Both the position numbers and the translations under genes were made by a program. This document shows positions 62,051-64,000 of a stretch of DNA of 64,000 bases, in pieces. The DNA is from Squalus acanthias (taxonomy: Eukaryota), in assembly GCA_030390025.1 (NCBI GenBank), contig CM059435.1, forward strand, positions 87,978,001 through 88,042,000. Reading direction: 5' to 3'. Position 1 is the first letter of the stretch. Each line of letters opens with the position of its first letter. The notes under the pieces are model-generated. The model was not told the origin of the DNA, made no database searches, and saw only the letters and a program-made list of their open reading frames with translations.

Positions 62051-64000
62051 TTATATTGCATTTATATAGCACCTTTAGCAAAAAGAATATCCCCAGGCAC
62101 TTCACAGATAAGTGCAAGGTAACAGATGCCGACCAAGAAGAGAGATTTTGGAGGGGATAACCAAATGTTTGTTTGAAGAGATGGGTTTTGAGAAGCTTTG
62201 TTTCCAGAAGGAAGATAAATAATGGAGAAATGCAGTGGTTTAGGGAGGAAACTCCTTGTGTGCCTGAAACCTCTGCTACCGATGGTGGGGTGAAGGGGGC
62301 TGGGGGAAATGCACAAAAGAACAGTGTTTGAAGGGGGGAGATTTAGAACTTGAGATTGCAAAGATAGGGTAGGGTGAGGCAATGGAGGAGGTTAAATAGG
62401 AGGACCAGGACTTTAAATGGCAGTACTGAGGGAGTGCTGCACTGTTGGAGATGCCATCTTTCAGATGGGATGTTAAATTGAAGTCCCATCTGCCATTTCT
62501 GGTGAAATTTGGCAAATTTATCTTTTACACAACTGATTGTTGGTCTGTAGCTCATACGTGTGTGTATAACATACGCAGACATGCACAATAAATGCAGCTT
62601 CTGATCCTCCGAATAGTGTGCAAGAAGGTTGAAGAAAGACATTTCCTATTCTGGGTGTCAAATGCTGCATCTTTTTCTACAGCACTGTCCACAGAGATGG
62701 TCCCATTCTGGCACCAGTTTAAAATTAAAACCTGGCAGTGCTTGGTGGTTTCTTCCTTTTCTGCTGGAGGCAAAGCACAACCAGCAATAAACAGCTAGCA
62801 CTGGATTCCATTGACTAGCATTTTATCCTGCCCAGTCTTAATACTAATGCTGAGGGTGAGCTCTCCGGCTGACAGGGACAGGCCTGCCTTGCAGCTTTTG
62901 TTGCTGCTGGTGTTCTGAATGCCATCTTGCAAAGTAAACAAGGTGAGTACAGAGTACCAACAACCATATAATAGGTTACGGAACCATTCCCAGTGAAAGG
63001 AGCACCACTGTATAAACAGGACATGCAATCATCTTTCATTGGTATATGATGTCAGATTGTCTTTATGTTCCAATTAAAATACGTAGAAATGAAAGGTATT
63101 AAATCATTTTACAAAAATCCTAGCTTTGATAGATATATATCTATCATTTTAGAGAGTATATTTAAGCCAACAACAACTACTTACATTTGTATAGTGATTT
63201 TTCATGTACCAAAACATTCCAAGCCGATTTGCAAGTGGTAGGGGGAGCACATTAAGTGGAGCTTATCGAAAGGCACGGTCAGAGATAAGTTTTGACGGTT
63301 TTTGAAGGTGAGATGAGAGGTACTGAAGTAGAGATTTAGGAATAGAATTCCAGAAGCAGGGATGTGGAAGCTCTGATGGAGACCAGTAAACTAGAATTGA
63401 AAGAGAACAGGTTTGTGTGCTGAGGCATAGAGCTGGAGTAAATTGTGGCGATAGAGTAGAGCTTAGGCCATGGGGGGATTTGAAGACCAGGAGAAAGATT
63501 TTGAAATTGACCTGCTGTGGACTGGGGTACCAGCAGCACCTTATTTCCCCTTCTAGCAAACAATCTCCCCTTCTAGCAAACAATCTCCACCGGGCATTTT
63601 TTAACCTGTCTCTTGGGTAGCTGGATCTTATTGTGAGGAACTAAATAGTGTATAAGTATTGCATGTATTCGGCAGTATCTCTATCTGAGCTTTTGAGACG
63701 ACATGTAATGTTTTCTCTTGGCTGTCAAAAAATGTTACTTTTGGGGAGAATACTGTAGTGTGTGTCAGAATTCATGATTATTTCTGTTTTGTTTTGTCCA
63801 GGAAAATCAATTGTCGTAAGAAGCTAAAAGTATTCCCAGGGATGGAAGCCCATAAGGCATCAAAGAAGAAAATTACTTTAGACAACAAGTTGTGTACTTA
63901 TATTTTAAAATCGGCTGTAGTTGTCAAAGGCAATTTCTGCTGAATTAAGGTTATATTTACATAATGTGTAAAACTCTGATAAATTATTGAGGCGCGTGCA

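Noticed and set aside
63128-63147. 20-bp palindrome TGATAGATATATATCTATCA, and a ~21-bp tandem duplication near 63546-63588
   Set aside because: Low-complexity or slippage products with no further structure.
44596-64000. CECR2 exon 2 (ELEAAL...-like)
   Set aside because: No convincing match found by eye; probably beyond the window, though I could have missed it.

Overview
Vertebrate genomic DNA, most likely a cartilaginous fish (inferred from SacSINE1-like DeuSINEs, CR1/L2 LINEs and Neptune-type Penelope elements). Two genes lie head-to-head around a CpG island at about 43.1-44.6 kb. ADA2 (CECR1) is on the minus strand with four coding exons in the window (42766-43078, 28164-28386, 17043-17253, 811-938) and continues beyond the left edge. 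CECR2 is on the plus strand; only its first coding exon (44467-44595) was found, followed by a long intron. The introns are packed with nested mobile elements. The most striking is a very young Penelope-like retroelement (3875-7965; RT plus GIY-YIG) inserted in a CR1 LINE with a target-site duplication. Its two ~955-bp pseudo-LTRs each carry a minimal hammerhead ribozyme, exactly 3136 nt apart. A related ~200-bp non-autonomous fold-back element (39068-39268) is built from that ribozyme region, and an older second Penelope family carries its own decayed hammerhead. Also present: a pair of inverted ~893-bp CpG-rich Harbinger-type MITEs flanking an ADA2 exon, decayed Harbinger and Gypsy relics, and a 770-N assembly gap. 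All calls are by eye; repeat boundaries are approximate unless TSD/TIR positions are given.
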